Source: Basidioascus undulatus
Taxonomy: Eukaryota
Direction: 5' to 3'
DNA: 39,414 nt
Assembly: GCA_000826855.1 (NCBI GenBank)
Contig: JTLS01000357.1
Span: 1-39,414, forward strand
The notes beneath the pieces are model-generated. The model had not been told where the DNA came from, did not search any database, and worked only from the letters and a program-made list of their open reading frames with translations. A program made the position numbers and the translations under genes. Positions 37,526-39,414 of this stretch are shown piece by piece; within the stretch, counting starts at the first letter, position 1, and every line of letters begins with the position of its first letter.

Positions 37526-38155
37526 TGCAAGGGGGAGGTCTGCATCTTTTTGAAAGTTTAAGAGTCCTCGCTGCGTCCGCTTCCAGATGTCTGCCCCCCG
37601 CTCGTGGTTCTCGAAGGGAATCATTTGCGGGCCGCAACGGTGCCTCAAAGTAATTTTGCTATGATCTGAAGGATTTTGGGCATAGCCGGCGGGAACATCC
37701 AGCTGGCGAACAGATAAATCTCACCGTCGGGCGACTTGCCTTTCAGCGACTTTCTCCCGAATTACCTCCCAAATGGTGAGTGTCCATGAACGCCCCTCAT
37801 TATTCGGTATTCCTACCCACCTTCAAAATGGGAGTGTCCACACTTAGAAAGGTGCATGTGCGTCGCTGACGCTCTCAGCCTCCTTCGTAAATACGTACAG
37901 TCCTTTTTTCTTCTTCGGTGGCTCTCCAAGTTACCGTTCAGCGCTAATTGAAAATATCGTACATCTTCCTTCCAGGAACTTACACCGTTTTTGTGTCGGC
38001 CAGCCACACATGCAGTCTTCACGATGACTAGGTTCGTCCTATCGGACATTACCATATCCAGCTAGGTCTGCCATGTCGAAACGAGGAGTTTGAATGAGGA
38101 TAGAGGAGATACATGGTTACTATGGTATAACACATGCGATACAATGAGCCCAGGC

Positions 38156-39414
38156 TCAGTCAAAGTCAAACGACAGATCCAACTCGACGCTCGCGTCCTC
38201 CTCCGCTTCCGAGAGGCTGATGAGCTGGCGCTTGCGCTGCGTGGGCTGAGGGAAGTGCGGGGAGGGCGGGCGCTGGGCGGGTCGCCCTGAGTGGTCAGCG
38301 AGACGGGGCGGGAAATGGGGATGGAGAGGGAAAGGAGAGCGCACTTTGACATTGTTGAGGTTGAGCTGCGTGGGCTTGCGGTTGATATGGGTTTGGGAAG
38401 GCTTGAGAGGAAGAGGGGAGGGAGAGGGAGGCGTCTGGGCGGGAAGGGAAGGGGGAAGAGTGCGCTAAGGGAAGATGCAGGGCGGCGTGGGAGGCGGTAG
38501 CGCACCTCGACTGCTGCTCCGCGGCTCCGACGTACAGACACATCAGCGGCCGCGGACTTCCCCGCAGTCCAGGACGGTCCGTGTCCGGCGCTGGGATCCG
38601 CATCGTCGCTGGACGGCGCGTCCTGCGCCGGCGGGGCGGCAGGGGACTTCTCGCCCCCTCTCGCTCCCGCTTCTTTTTCGGCTCCCCGCGCGGCCGACCC
38701 CGGCCATGGTGCAGAACGTTTGGCGAGTGCAGAAGCGAGGAACGCCTGGAGGATGGGCGCGAGCGCCGCGAGCTGCTGGAGCTCTGGTGGGTAGGCTGGG
38801 CCGGCCGGAGGAAGTGCGGGAGGGGGAGGGGGAGGGAGCGCTTGGAGGAGCGTGGGGAGGAGCGTGGTGGCGTGCTGGGTGTGTGAGGAGGTGAGATGGT
38901 GAAGTTGCTAGTGGGGAGGGCGTGGGCAGTGTGAGTCCGGTGGAAGGGAGGGAGAGGAAGAGATGAAAAAGGAAGACGCAAGGGAGGAAGGAGGAGGGAG
39001 GACGGACCTGATTGAGCAGTGCCTGACCACGCTCGAGGGCCCCGATACGCGCTGCGAGGTCCGAAAGCGCCGAGTGTGTCTTGTCGTGCTGGGTTGTGAG
39101 GAGCGCGAGGAGGGACGTCTGGTCCGAGGGCGCGACGAGTGATGCCCGCAGGCGGGCGTTGCAGGTCGCGACTGTCGAACAAATCATCCATTCAGCGTCC
39201 GCGGTGCACAAAACAGTCGAGAAGGGATACGAGACGAGGAGAATAGGGATGAGGCGCACCGTCCGCCCGCAACCCCTCTCTCAGCCCCTCGCACACCTCC
39301 CTCAGCTCCAGCACCCCCTCGCGCACCCCCCTCACATCCTCCGCCGCAGCGCGCTCCGCCCCGTCCAGCCGCTTTGCGAGGCCCTCGACGAGCGCCTGCG
39401 TCTCGGTGAGGAGG
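38156..39414 (-). CDS. Hypothetical protein (coiled-coil then low-complexity), 5' end outside the window
   Basis: Exons ...LLTETQALVEGLAKRLDGAERAAEDV..., VATCNARLRASL...ALERGQALLNQ|, and a last exon ending EEDASVELDLSFDFD*, joined by GT..AG introns. Confidence 0.6.

Overview
Eukaryotic, intron-rich fungal DNA. GC-rich exons, 50-80 nt introns with GTGCGT/GTGAGT/GTACGT donors and CTGAC/CTAAC branch points, and the ribosomal protein sequences point to a basidiomycete, probably Pucciniomycotina/Microbotryomycetes (inference). Most six-frame ORFs are antisense or intron-spanning artefacts, so genes were spliced by eye. Apparently intact genes: an alpha-arrestin, a divergent RPS15/RPP2 pair, a FlaR/adenylate-kinase-like P-loop kinase, a SAM-like tail-anchored protein, RCF1 (HIG1), a sterol O-acyltransferase (ARE), a NAPE-PLD/FMP30-like metallo-beta-lactamase and some hypotheticals. 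Between them lie about ten decayed genes (SGNH esterase, MYND finger, second P-loop kinase copy, SDR, several F-box/LRR-like genes). The most unusual item is at the window start: a tRNA-Arg(ACG) 3' half followed, after one nucleotide, by the matching 5' half and an intron-like tail with no 3' exon. This is the layout of a circularly permuted tRNA or of a partial tandem duplicate; the window edge prevents deciding. Also seen: a tandem duplicate whose Trp codons repeatedly became stops, and a dispersed inverted duplication about 20 kb apart. No CRISPR, rRNA or recognisable transposase.
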